DNA of 49,684 nucleotides from an uncultured Candidatus Poseidoniales archaeon (GTDB lineage Archaea > Thermoplasmatota > Poseidoniia > Poseidoniales > Thalassarchaeaceae). The first letter of the stretch is position 1. Each line of letters opens with the position of its first letter. The DNA is taken from positions 5,054 to 54,737 of the forward strand of contig CAZKVK010000002.1 of NCBI GenBank assembly GCA_964556195.1, in the 5' to 3' direction. The notes below the pieces were generated by a model, which ran no database searches, had not been told where the DNA came from, and was given only the letters and a program-made list of their open reading frames with translations. The translations under genes and the position numbers were made by a program. Positions 1 through 9,747 of the stretch are shown piece after piece.

Positions 1-807
1 ACTCTACGAATAACCGGTGGAAAGCCGATTGGTAAGGTTAATTCTGTAATTGGAGCGGTCGATGGGGCCTTTATTCACATTCATCCAATAGCTGAGGAAA
101 TAGAAGGCACCAGCGCAATCGGTTCACCAGTTGAAATTGCTCCAAGAGAGAGGCGAGAGAATCGTGGAAGGGATAGATACTCCAAAGGAGATAATCGACG
201 TGACGATCGACGTGGAAGAAATGATGGCGGAAAAGGAGGAGACTGGACCTGCCCCAAGTGCAATAATTCCAATTTTGCCTTCCGAAAGAAGTGTAACCGC
301 TGTGAAGCCGACCGACCTCGAGATGGGGGAGGGCGATATGAAAGAAAATCTGATGCAAGGGGAAATAATGGGCAAAAGGCAGGAGATTGGACGTGTCCAA
401 AGTGTAAGAATTCTAATTTCGCTTTCCGCAAAAAGTGCAATCGTTGCGAAACTGAGAGGCCGCAAGGAGCGAGACATGGCGGACGACGAAATGAACGTCG
501 ATCGGGAGGAAGAGACGAAAAAGGGCGGAAACCCGGTGATTGGACTTGCCCAAAGTGTAAGAACTCAAATTTCTCCTTCCGTGATAAATGCAACAAATGT
601 AAAGCAGACAAACCTAGTTCTGATTCTAAGTCCGGAAATAGAGGGGGATTTGAGCGTCGAAATTCAAGACCTTCTGTTGGCCGTTCAGAACGCGGAAGAG
701 GGCGATCACCGGGGAGTGCTAGCCGACCACGTAGATCTGGATTCAGAGGCACTGGTAGAGGTGGCCCCAAGGGCAATCGGCCAGGAAGAGGCAGCGGTAG
801 ACGATGA
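1..807 (+). CDS. 5'-truncated RNA-binding protein: putative Gar1/Naf1-like domain + 3 RanBP2-type zinc fingers + RG-rich regions
   Basis: Frame +1 is open from base 1 to TGA at 805-807 (not in the ORF track because it has no start codon in the window). It reads ...GKPIGKVNSVIGAVDGAFIHIHP..., then GDWTCPKCNNSNFAFRKKCNRC, GDWTCPKCKNSNFAFRKKCNRC and GDWTCPKCKNSNFSFRDKCNKC, with R/G-rich linkers and tail. Confidence 0.88.
   Translation, partial: TLRITGGKPIGKVNSVIGAVDGAFIHIHPIAEEIEGTSAIGSPVEIAPRERRENRGRDRYSKGDNRRDDRRGRNDGGKGGDWTCPKCNNSNFAFRKKCNRCEADRPRDGGGRYERKSDARGNNGQKAGDWTCPKCKNSNFAFRKKCNRCETERPQGARHGGRRNERRSGGRDEKGRKPGDWTCPKCKNSNFSFRDKCNKCKADKPSSDSKSGNRGGFERRNSRPSVGRSERGRGRSPGSASRPRRSGFRGTGRGGPKGNRPGRGSGRR
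238..600 (+). repeat. Three copies of a ~66-nt zinc-finger coding unit (238-303, 382-447, 535-600)
   Basis: Near-identical peptide W-T-C-P-K-C-x-N-S-N-F-[AS]-F-R-x-K-C-N-[RK]-C with synonymous DNA divergence between copies. Confidence 0.9.
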
Positions 808-854
808 GTCGCGGCCACCCCAGCATTCTTCTTGTCTAAACCCGAGCAAGCCCC

Positions 855-1889
855 ATGGCGAGTAAGGCGGATATGCTCTGGGAGGATGTTCTTGAGCTTG
901 AAGAGTCTGATGAGAGGGAAGAGGCCCTCAATTTATGCCGCCAAATTACACGAATGGAGCCTGATCACGCCGCCGCTTGGAAAATGACTGCAAGGATGAT
1001 TCTACCAGCCGCGAGGAGGGGCGTGCAAGACATGCCTACTCTACCACAAGCGGCTAGCGCTTATGCTGCATTACAAAACGTCGTGAGGCTAGAACCAGAG
1101 GATTCAGAATCATGGGCACTAGGAGGTATTCTACTCGTTGATCACCTAGGAATGCTAGAAGAGGCCCTCGAGTGGTGGCAGCGAGGAAGACGCGTTAATC
1201 CCAAAGATGTGACACCACTAATCGAACAAATTGCCATTCTTGTACGCCTAGGGATGTATTCTGAAGCTGGCGAGTTGTTGGAAATAATGTTCGATTCGGA
1301 AATGGAACAACCCGACAGGAAGCAACTCGTGAATATGGATCGAGTTAGGCAGATGGTTGACAAGGCGGCCAAAATGGAGAAAGAGGAAATATTCAGACCG
1401 CAAAATCCCAAACATCCTCGATGGGAGATAATCGGACGAATGAAAACTCGTAAACCACTCTCTGATACTTTCTTTCTGTTCACTTTTGTCGCACCAATCG
1501 TGTTCTTGATTGGAACTGTAGCCATGCAATTACTTGGAGGATTGAAGCCCCCTTACGGATTCATATTTGTATTCATAATAATTCTAGGTCTTTTTACGGG
1601 AATAAGTAAAGCCGGTGCTGGATTATTACAAAAACTCAACAGACACGCACTCGACCTAGAAAGGGCCATCGATATTGAGGCGACTTCAGGAAAGGTCTGT
1701 GTGCCATCAGACATACGTGGAAGTAAACTCTACAATCATACGATTGGAAATCGAACTGAAGCTTTCCAAGACCGGCATGGTAGAATAATTGAGTCTGACG
1801 AGATTATTGGACAAAAGTGGAAACCTAACCTACCCGATTTTTCAAACACAGATAGTTGGTGGGGAGAGGACGAAGAATCAGAAAATTAA
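855..1889 (+). CDS. TPR-repeat membrane protein
   Basis: TPR-like helices (EPDHAAAW, EPEDSESWALGG, EEALEWWQRG), two hydrophobic TM segments in the C-terminal half and an acidic tail. Confidence 0.75.
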   Translation: MASKADMLWEDVLELEESDEREEALNLCRQITRMEPDHAAAWKMTARMILPAARRGVQDMPTLPQAASAYAALQNVVRLEPEDSESWALGGILLVDHLGMLEEALEWWQRGRRVNPKDVTPLIEQIAILVRLGMYSEAGELLEIMFDSEMEQPDRKQLVNMDRVRQMVDKAAKMEKEEIFRPQNPKHPRWEIIGRMKTRKPLSDTFFLFTFVAPIVFLIGTVAMQLLGGLKPPYGFIFVFIIILGLFTGISKAGAGLLQKLNRHALDLERAIDIEATSGKVCVPSDIRGSKLYNHTIGNRTEAFQDRHGRIIESDEIIGQKWKPNLPDFSNTDSWWGEDEESEN

Positions 1890-1903
1890 CTCTGAAATGT
1901 AAC

Positions 1904-3169
1904 TTATGTCCCTACTGAATAATCTTCGAGATAGGCTAGTTGCTCATCTGTCAAGCTATCGATGCTAATTCCTTCTGCCGTCAGTTTCAAGCTTGCCAAT
2001 TCGCTATCTTGTTCGGCACTAATATCGTAGACGATGTTGTCGAACCCCTCACCTTCAGCCGCTAATCGGCAGAGTGCTAGGAATTGATTGGCGAATGACA
2101 TATCCATCACTTCGCTTGGATGGCCCTCTGCTGCAGCTAGATTCACTAGTCTTCCACGGGCAAGTAAATGTATAGTGCGTCCATCTTTGAGTTGGAAGGC
2201 TTCGTTATCATCTCTAATTGTGTAAATCTTGTTGGCCCTCTCCTCTAGATCTGAAATTTTGATTTCACAATCGTAATGTCCAGTATTGCACACGATTGCT
2301 CCTTCTTTCATAGTGTCAAAGTGGCGACCTATGATAACATCCTTCATTCCAGTCGCAGTGCAGAATACGTCACCAATCTTTGCTGCATCATCCATCTTCA
2401 TCACACGGAATCCATCCATAACCGCTTTCAGAGCAGCTATTGGGTCGATTTCTGTGACGATTACATTGGCTCCCATACCACGTGCACGGTTGGCTAATCC
2501 CTTGCCACAATGCCCGTATCCTGCAACCACGAAGGTCTTGCCCGCGAGCAAGACGCTGGTCGCGCGGATGATTCCATCAAGGGTTGATTGACCGGTTCCG
2601 TGCACATTGTCGAAGTCCCACTTGGTGGATGCGTCGTTGACTGCAATGACTGGATAGAGAAGTTCTCCTGCTTGGCCCATCGCTCTGAGTCTGTGAACAC
2701 CGGTAGTGGTTTCTTCGGTTCCTCCGATTACCGCTTCAGCTAGTTCTGGAAATTTACTGTGAACTCGATAAATTAGATCTGCACCATCGTCGAGAGTCAG
2801 TGTTGGATTAATCTGAAGAGTGCGGTCAATAGATTGGTAGAACTCCTCGGTATTTTGACCATACCAAGCATGAACATCATAGCCCTCAGAGGCAAGCCAA
2901 GCCGCTACATCATCCTGTGTAGATAGGGGGTTACAACCGGACCAAGAGACCTTGCCGCCAGCGGCTTCAATCGTCTCAATTAGTACTGCAGTTTCCTTCG
3001 TAACATGCAAGCATCCAGCAATTCTCTGACCTGCTAAGGGTTGGACTTTCTCGGCTTTGGCACGTAACATAGCGAGAGCTGGCATTCTACTTCGAGCCCA
3101 GTCTACCTTCAGGCCACCAGCCTTTGCCAGAGAGAGATCTGCCACAGTGTATGTGTCCCCTTCGTCCAT
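1904..3169 (-). CDS. ahcY: S-adenosylhomocysteine hydrolase
   Basis: GCLHVTKETAVL, CNPLSTQDDVAA, EETTTGVHRL, GRLVNLAAAEGHPSEVMDMSFANQ motifs. Confidence 0.97.
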   Translation of the reverse strand: MDEGDTYTVADLSLAKAGGLKVDWARSRMPALAMLRAKAEKVQPLAGQRIAGCLHVTKETAVLIETIEAAGGKVSWSGCNPLSTQDDVAAWLASEGYDVHAWYGQNTEEFYQSIDRTLQINPTLTLDDGADLIYRVHSKFPELAEAVIGGTEETTTGVHRLRAMGQAGELLYPVIAVNDASTKWDFDNVHGTGQSTLDGIIRATSVLLAGKTFVVAGYGHCGKGLANRARGMGANVIVTEIDPIAALKAVMDGFRVMKMDDAAKIGDVFCTATGMKDVIIGRHFDTMKEGAIVCNTGHYDCEIKISDLEERANKIYTIRDDNEAFQLKDGRTIHLLARGRLVNLAAAEGHPSEVMDMSFANQFLALCRLAAEGEGFDNIVYDISAEQDSELASLKLTAEGISIDSLTDEQLAYLEDYSVGT

Positions 3170-3193
3170 AACCTAAGGCGGTCACCGCGGGGT

Positions 3194-3199
3194 CTTCAA
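3194..3199 (-). promoter_or_regulatory. Putative TATA-like box TTGAAG for ahcY
   Basis: Begins 30 nt upstream of the ATG at 3169; the same motif and spacing recur at five other genes. Confidence 0.5.
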
Positions 3200-3216
3200 G
3201 GTGCGTTTTGAGCAAC

Positions 3217-3229
3217 CCCCTTTCAGGGG
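3217..3229. terminator. CCCCT-TTC-AGGGG hairpin just downstream of the surface-protein stop
   Basis: 5-bp stem, 3-nt loop, 5 nt from the stop codon; a terminator role is inferred only. Confidence 0.3.
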
Positions 3230-3234
3230 TCTAC

Positions 3235-6200
3235 TCAATTGGCGCCGCCTTTGCCTTGCTGGGCATAGTATGCTGCGTAATACTGCTCGGCATATTCCCT
3301 CGCAGTAGCCTCGTCATAGCCTTGGCCAACCATCTGTTGGACGTATGCCTCTACTGGGTCCATTTGCTCTACACCACCGAACTGTTGCACTGTATCGTCT
3401 GCCTGGTCTGACTTACCTCTCGATTTAACTACGACTAAGGTAACTCCTACAATTGCTAGAATCAAGATAATTCCAACAGCGGCGAACATGATAATATCAG
3501 TACTTCCACTTTCTGACGCACAACCGTCAGCAGAAGGATTCAGGGTACAAGGATCGCTAGGTCGAGGTAGTAAATCGATTGTGAATTGGTTATCCAATGT
3601 GTATCGACTTCCGTCGCCTTCGACAATTCTCCAGTATACTGTGACTTGAACTCCAGTTGTCTCCGAATATAGATCTGCAATGTTCAGAGTTAGAGTGAAG
3701 GAATCACCATCTCCAAGTACGGCAGGGCCAGTTGAGTTGTACTTTCCGAGTGTCTTTTGAGTAGCCTTAGGCGATGGCGTCAAATCCAAAACGTCGGCTT
3801 CCAAAGCAACCTCAATTTCCACGCCATTTTCAGCACCTGAGTTTACTATTCCATTGATTGTGACCAAATCTTGGCTCTGTGAATCAGTGGAACGCGGCGA
3901 TGTTATCTCCACAACTGGAGGTTCGTCTCCGAAATCTTCACCAACTACGATGAAGTAAATTCGTGCCTTTTCGGATTGCTTTCCTGCTCGATCGTAAACA
4001 ATCAATTCAAGCCTAATCTGATTCTCTAGAGTTCCATCGCTGGTCATGTTTCGGAATACATAATTCCACATGTCTCCACCAGCTGCATTTGGAACTTGAT
4101 AGGTGTGCCCTTCTAGAGTTGGATTGGACGAATCTACTGGATAATCGAAGAATACTCGATACTCGAACATCTCAATTCCTCTCTCTCCCTCGGGCGCGTC
4201 AGCGTCAGAGCTTGCCGAGGAGTCGAAGGACAAACTGATGTCACCACTGTCGGTCAATCGGACGCGATAAATCGGCCACTCTATGCCGCCGACTGTCTTG
4301 CTTCCTTCAAGAACCACGAACTCGTCTGTAACACTGTCCTCAACCAATTGTAGATCTGCGTTCGGTCGGAATTCGTCCGCCAATGTATCATCAGTTACTA
4401 GATTGATGTAGGTGATTCGTGTGTGACCATTCTCATCATGGAGATATAGAGTGAGAAGCCATTCTGCACCTATTCTACATCCCGTTGAAGAACTTGTATC
4501 CCCGACGCAGAAGTTACCAAGAGCAGGGATGCTCGGACTATTCTGACGAATATGGCTAATCTCACCGAAATCGATAATCTCTCCTTCCCATCCTGTTACC
4601 GACTCGTTCATGTCTGTAGATTGTAATGTCCAATCTGCAGTGATACTGTCAGCCAAGGATGAATCAGAAGTCAAGAACGAGAAATCGAGTTCTGAGTTCG
4701 ACTTGATGTACATGGTTGCGTAAGCACCTGTTACTGTGTCAATCGAAGGAGCCTCTCCATTTACAGTCAGGTCAAATCCATCACCTGCAATTCCAAAGTT
4801 GGAAGGATATGGACTGAGATGATATCCTAGCATGTTGGATAGTAGTGGCATCGATGTTCCGCCAAGTGGTTGGGAGAAGCTTGGATTCTCTACATCGAGG
4901 GTGGTGACAATCATTCCTCCGGCACCGCGGTTACATGTCGAAAGTAATGACTGGGAATCAAATGACTCACTGCGCATGAGTGTATGGAATGTTCCGGTTG
5001 GATCACTTATTCGGCCTCCACAAACTTGTGGGATTTGGTCGAATTGCACCTGTGCAGTATCGAGACCAGCAAGTGCGACGTATTCGCCGCCATGTACACC
5101 AGCGAACGCTGCAGTATCGACGTTGGCAAGCAATGGGTGGTATGCATCGACCATTACTAGGTCTTCATTTGTGACAGTGTTATTCCATTGGTTTCGCATT
5201 GCGATATCCATTCCGAAAGGTAGCCTGTTTGGCTGGTAATCGTTACGATACGGGCCTAGGTGAATCTGAACCGTTCCACCATTGACCATGTACGCCTCTA
5301 GGACTTCTGTGACTGAAAGGCCATCAGATTCCCTAGTAGCAGCTAGTGTCTCGTAATATTCACCATACTCGACATTGTAATCGGTCTGCCATGGTAGTAG
5401 GATTTTCTCATAGTGAGACATCCAGTTCTCGGTTGCATATCTATCCCAATCGCTTACCGCCAACTGAGTGTAAGTCTTCCCCATTGCCTCTAGGTCCTGC
5501 TTTACTCTCTGCAAGCGATTCTGGTCAGTAGGATTAGACAGAATCGCGACATCAACAGTGTCAAAGAACTCTATTTCGAAGAAACGATCGTTACCCGAGG
5601 GGTCCCCATCCTCTGTCAATATTGCATAGAAACTGATGTTGTATTGATGTCCATCGTACCAGCCGTTGTAGGGTGCACTCCAGTTAGCGAAATCACGAGC
5701 ATGGGGGTCAAGGTCGAATGGACCATTATCAGCGGCTTGTTCGTAGACAGTCTGACCCGTTGTCATATCTACAATCTTCATGTTCACCTCGTACTCTCCG
5801 GCGATTACACCATTCAGCAGAGGAACGGTGAATGAGTGCTGAGAGACCGAATCATATGTGTACACACACTTGTATGTGATATCGGACACACAATCAAGCA
5901 CATTTGGTTGCATCAAAGTGATGTCCGCGCTTGCGATGCTGAAGATAATCTGGGTGTGATTGTTTGCAGTAGTAATCTCAGATTTATTGTACCAAGATGT
6001 TCCTTCAATTGAACTATTGAATAGTGTGGTAGCATCGATTCGGTAAATTCCAGATTGGAAGTCATGCGTTGCCACCGTCACGTCTTGGCGTTCGGATGCA
6101 TCTAATCCATTGATGTCGTTGATGTAGGTTCCATCATTCTCGAAAGTGAATTCGTCGATGCGAATGTTATCGACTGCAAATCCGGCAAGACCTGCATTTC

Positions 6201-9200
6201 CGTTAACACCATCGTCGTTTGATTGGAATCTCCATGTCAAAGTGACTTCTGCGCCTGAAAGGTCTGTACACTCAGTTCTCCACTGGAAGGTGTCATTCGA
6301 TGTTTGGTTCAGTAGAGTTATGTGGGTCATATCGATTATGACGGACTTAACCAGACTCTCTGAATCAAACCAAACTACAGACTCGTAGCGGTCGGAGTGG
6401 TCTCCCATGTATTCTACCTCATCATATCGGCCATTATTGTCGAAATCCTCACATTCTCCAAGGCCACTACCATCTCGGAAGGGCCTAAGTCCATTTTCGT
6501 TCAAATCGGTCCAACTTCCCCAAACAGTTCCTCGGTAGATTTCCCCTCCCATTGACCATTCAATTTCTAGGCCAGCAGCATCACGTATTGCTAAGATGTT
6601 ACCTTGAGAATCTGAGAGGAAATCTCCCTCCGCGAAGTAGTCGAATGTTAGGTAAGTGAAATCGGTTCCACCGGATGCAACTTGGAAAGGATCCAAGGTT
6701 AGAGTCTCATCCCAATTGTCGCCATAACCTGTGTCTGGATCGCCTAACCAATATGCAAAGGAATTGAACACACCTCTACTCTGTGGGAGCATTGGATGGT
6801 CGCCATTCGTGTCATCTAGGCGGCTACCATTTTCATTTCCGTCGTCTTCCCAAATCGGTTCTAATCCTGAGAAATCCTCGATGGCGATTAGATCAGGTAG
6901 GGCGTTCTTGACCACAGTTTCTAACTGGAAGTCGGTCAAAGTGTTTCCAAAGTTCTGCACTCTAATATCTATGTCTCGGTCACCCGATGCATATCTCAAT
7001 CCATTCTCAAGACTAATCCATGGTTCCTCTGCAACACCAGGGTCGAAGAGGTTCTTGACAGTAATTTGGAATTTTACCTCATCATTAGTAGCATCTGCAT
7101 TGTTGAACCCACTAGGATTGGTTAGTTCGGTCTTGATGTAGTAGGTTCGGTTGTCGATGAAATCAGCAGTTAGGGATACTTCCTCGGTAGCACCAGCTGC
7201 GAAATCAGAGAATGTCAATGTTTGGCTTACCATTTCCTCGGAACCGAAAATAACATCGGTTTTTCGAATCGAAATATTGTCAAAGGCGAATCCATCAAGT
7301 CCAGTTCCCTGAGATGAACCGTCTGGACCAACGCTTCCCATCAGACCGCTGCGGAAGCGGAAGCGGATATCGACGACCTCACCAGCATAGCGAGTAAGAT
7401 CGATGGCATCGTCACCAGAAAGACTAACCCAAGGGTAGATTGTTTCTGTGTTGAAGTTTCCATTGTAAGTGTTGTATTCTGGATCATATCCTAGACCATA
7501 AAGTCGGAATAATCTCTCCGCATCCCAACCGCCTGTGAAGAATACTTGTTCCCATCCATTTCCATCACTCCATACCTCAATACCACAAGAGTCCTCATAC
7601 AACCATCTTTCAACCACAGCGTACTGTTCAGCAAGATACAACTCAAAGAAAGCAGCGCTACAGAATAAATCCAAATCGAGATATGCTGCATCGGAGCCCG
7701 TTAAATCGACATTCTCGATGATGAAGGCCTCGTCCATATTGTTGTAGTAACCGGATTGGTTATCCTCATCTTCATGGTCCATTCCAGCCCACATGTAGGT
7801 AGTTGGATTAGTGTCTGCTTCCCACCAATCATCAGTGGCTGAACCATTAGAATCAGTCGATGCATTCCATTCTTCGTGCCATGAAGATGCACCTTCGTTA
7901 TACTCACCTGTGTAGGACTTTAGGACGATGGCACAAGCAGAGCAATTGGTATTGTCGATGTTGCCCTCAAAGTCGTTGGAATACACTAGGGTGTCGATTC
8001 CATCAAGGACTTCCTTGACTTCCAAGTCGACATCAATTGAACCAGAAATAGGGTTTAGACCAGTGTTTTTCACTGTCAAGTTGACAAATCTGTTACCCTC
8101 GCCAATCATGGCGGCTCCAGTCGCTGGATCATATGCCGCCGGTGCAATGCTAACCTCGGTAATCCCCACATCCTCATTATCTAGACTTAGTACAGATAGG
8201 AAATCGCCTGCTCCGGCCCATCCTTGAGTATCTAGCCACATAGCGCTATTTGCGAATCTGTATGATCTGTCTCGCTGGCCTATGGCAATCTCGAATGCAC
8301 TGTTTTCTCCGCCAGCCAATTGACCTGGGACAGCCATGGTTGGTCGGCGACCTACATCGAAGGAAAGCGATGAAAGATATCCGTTGCCGTTTGGATTACC
8401 AAGAATAATTTCTACTGTATTCACTTCCCTTAGGTTATCCACGAGCAAGTATGTTTGGTTCTGTGCAGTGGAGTCCTGTAAGCGAGTTAGAGTGACTTCG
8501 GTTGGAACGAAGAAATCCATGTGTCCATCTTGATTTACATCAGCAATGGTAATCGAGGCACCTAGATAGTCACCAAGAGTGACGTAATTCTGAGTGTTCC
8601 ATGATGACCCAGATCTAGTAGCATAGGATAGATTGCCTGTAATTCCATCTACGGCAGCGATTAGGTCAATCTCTCCATCATCGTTGGTGTCGGAAATATC
8701 GATTCCATACAAAGGATAGTTGTGTTCTGCATCAAGCTTGAAATTATGGACCCCATTTGCTGTTGCGTCTAATGGATTTGGATAAGTTCCAAGCGTACAG
8801 TCGTATTCAAGGACGGTCATATTGTCATAGTGTCCATTCGAGAATCCAACACCGGTGTTGTACGGAGGCGTGCGGAGCAACCAAATGTCCAGATCCTCAC
8901 AATCACCTAGAGAGCCGCCTATTCCTCCGCCGAGTACATCTTCTCCCCAATGGCCTAGAATTAGATTCGTGTATAGACCATTAGTTAGCGGCACTGGTAT
9001 GGTTTGTTGGGCCGTTAACTGAGTTGGGTCTGGGCCCTTGTATATGTTGAGGTAATTATTTGTGAAAGTAGGGTCAACTACGTTCATCACAATATCTGCG
9101 TTTCCATCTCCGTCGATATCCTTTACATCCATGTCCTGAAGATATGGATTACTAACTGTGATTGCTGGCGATGGATTCCAGTTGTTGATTCTCTCGTTAC

Positions 9201-9660
9201 AATCTCCCCAAAGGACGGTTAGGTTTCCTGGAACCATAGGACCTCCTACGAATCGAATGTTTTGTTGATAATACACAACATCGTTGACACCATCTCCGTC
9301 TATATCTGCAACATAGACTCTAGTTCCGTCAGCTGTATCCCTGAAACCAGCACGGTGTGAGTCATTGTTTGAAATGAAGACGTCCTGCCTATCTCCAAAT
9401 CCGCCCAAACCATCATTGTACAGTGCTGTAATGAAGTGACCCATGGAACTGGCCGACAAAATGTCGTTGTCGTTATCACAGTCGATATCACCAATCGAAA
9501 TGAAAGAGGGGTCTCGCTGGACCGCATATTGAGTAATGTGGGATGCTGAGACAGATGGAACCAAGGATAACATTGGTGAACTTAACATCAGCATAACCAA
9601 GAAAATCGCGATTCGGCCTCCTTTGGATTCGTTTCGGGTGTTCTTAGACAGGGTCATCAT
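3235..9660 (-). CDS. Giant (~2140 aa) acidic cell-surface protein: FG-GAP/VCBS-type repeats, Ig/CARDB-like and jelly-roll modules, C-terminal TM anchor
   Basis: Signal peptide (IAIFLVMLMLSSPMLSLVPSVSA), DIDGDGxxD and DVNQDGHMD Ca-binding repeats, two RFxS...GFAxDNIxI modules, TM helix near the C-terminus. Start moved from TTG 9714 to ATG 9660. Confidence 0.85.
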   Translation of the reverse strand: MMTLSKNTRNESKGGRIAIFLVMLMLSSPMLSLVPSVSASHITQYAVQRDPSFISIGDIDCDNDNDILSASSMGHFITALYNDGLGGFGDRQDVFISNNDSHRAGFRDTADGTRVYVADIDGDGVNDVVYYQQNIRFVGGPMVPGNLTVLWGDCNERINNWNPSPAITVSNPYLQDMDVKDIDGDGNADIVMNVVDPTFTNNYLNIYKGPDPTQLTAQQTIPVPLTNGLYTNLILGHWGEDVLGGGIGGSLGDCEDLDIWLLRTPPYNTGVGFSNGHYDNMTVLEYDCTLGTYPNPLDATANGVHNFKLDAEHNYPLYGIDISDTNDDGEIDLIAAVDGITGNLSYATRSGSSWNTQNYVTLGDYLGASITIADVNQDGHMDFFVPTEVTLTRLQDSTAQNQTYLLVDNLREVNTVEIILGNPNGNGYLSSLSFDVGRRPTMAVPGQLAGGENSAFEIAIGQRDRSYRFANSAMWLDTQGWAGAGDFLSVLSLDNEDVGITEVSIAPAAYDPATGAAMIGEGNRFVNLTVKNTGLNPISGSIDVDLEVKEVLDGIDTLVYSNDFEGNIDNTNCSACAIVLKSYTGEYNEGASSWHEEWNASTDSNGSATDDWWEADTNPTTYMWAGMDHEDEDNQSGYYNNMDEAFIIENVDLTGSDAAYLDLDLFCSAAFFELYLAEQYAVVERWLYEDSCGIEVWSDGNGWEQVFFTGGWDAERLFRLYGLGYDPEYNTYNGNFNTETIYPWVSLSGDDAIDLTRYAGEVVDIRFRFRSGLMGSVGPDGSSQGTGLDGFAFDNISIRKTDVIFGSEEMVSQTLTFSDFAAGATEEVSLTADFIDNRTYYIKTELTNPSGFNNADATNDEVKFQITVKNLFDPGVAEEPWISLENGLRYASGDRDIDIRVQNFGNTLTDFQLETVVKNALPDLIAIEDFSGLEPIWEDDGNENGSRLDDTNGDHPMLPQSRGVFNSFAYWLGDPDTGYGDNWDETLTLDPFQVASGGTDFTYLTFDYFAEGDFLSDSQGNILAIRDAAGLEIEWSMGGEIYRGTVWGSWTDLNENGLRPFRDGSGLGECEDFDNNGRYDEVEYMGDHSDRYESVVWFDSESLVKSVIIDMTHITLLNQTSNDTFQWRTECTDLSGAEVTLTWRFQSNDDGVNGNAGLAGFAVDNIRIDEFTFENDGTYINDINGLDASERQDVTVATHDFQSGIYRIDATTLFNSSIEGTSWYNKSEITTANNHTQIIFSIASADITLMQPNVLDCVSDITYKCVYTYDSVSQHSFTVPLLNGVIAGEYEVNMKIVDMTTGQTVYEQAADNGPFDLDPHARDFANWSAPYNGWYDGHQYNISFYAILTEDGDPSGNDRFFEIEFFDTVDVAILSNPTDQNRLQRVKQDLEAMGKTYTQLAVSDWDRYATENWMSHYEKILLPWQTDYNVEYGEYYETLAATRESDGLSVTEVLEAYMVNGGTVQIHLGPYRNDYQPNRLPFGMDIAMRNQWNNTVTNEDLVMVDAYHPLLANVDTAAFAGVHGGEYVALAGLDTAQVQFDQIPQVCGGRISDPTGTFHTLMRSESFDSQSLLSTCNRGAGGMIVTTLDVENPSFSQPLGGTSMPLLSNMLGYHLSPYPSNFGIAGDGFDLTVNGEAPSIDTVTGAYATMYIKSNSELDFSFLTSDSSLADSITADWTLQSTDMNESVTGWEGEIIDFGEISHIRQNSPSIPALGNFCVGDTSSSTGCRIGAEWLLTLYLHDENGHTRITYINLVTDDTLADEFRPNADLQLVEDSVTDEFVVLEGSKTVGGIEWPIYRVRLTDSGDISLSFDSSASSDADAPEGERGIEMFEYRVFFDYPVDSSNPTLEGHTYQVPNAAGGDMWNYVFRNMTSDGTLENQIRLELIVYDRAGKQSEKARIYFIVVGEDFGDEPPVVEITSPRSTDSQSQDLVTINGIVNSGAENGVEIEVALEADVLDLTPSPKATQKTLGKYNSTGPAVLGDGDSFTLTLNIADLYSETTGVQVTVYWRIVEGDGSRYTLDNQFTIDLLPRPSDPCTLNPSADGCASESGSTDIIMFAAVGIILILAIVGVTLVVVKSRGKSDQADDTVQQFGGVEQMDPVEAYVQQMVGQGYDEATAREYAEQYYAAYYAQQGKGGAN

Positions 9661-9711
9661 GGCTTCGCCGAATTTCATTTCATTATTATGCCTAATGGGA
9701 TGATGTTTTTC

Positions 9712-9728
9712 CAACCCCTTTGGGGTTG
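9712..9728. terminator. CAACCCC-TTT-GGGGTTG perfect hairpin
   Basis: 7-bp stem, 3-nt loop, about 20 nt downstream of the stop at 9748; function inferred. Confidence 0.4.
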
Positions 9729-9747
9729 ATGGCCAAAACTAGCGAAA

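Noticed and set aside
238-600. Three spaced near-repeats resembling a mini CRISPR array
   Set aside because: The repeats are in-frame coding units with synonymous changes and long spacers; no cas genes are present.
131-865. 244-aa plus-strand ORF from the track, and antisense ORFs 81..818, 71..400 and 124..477
   Set aside because: Shadow frames of the frame +1 zinc-finger gene, which carries the recognisable motifs.
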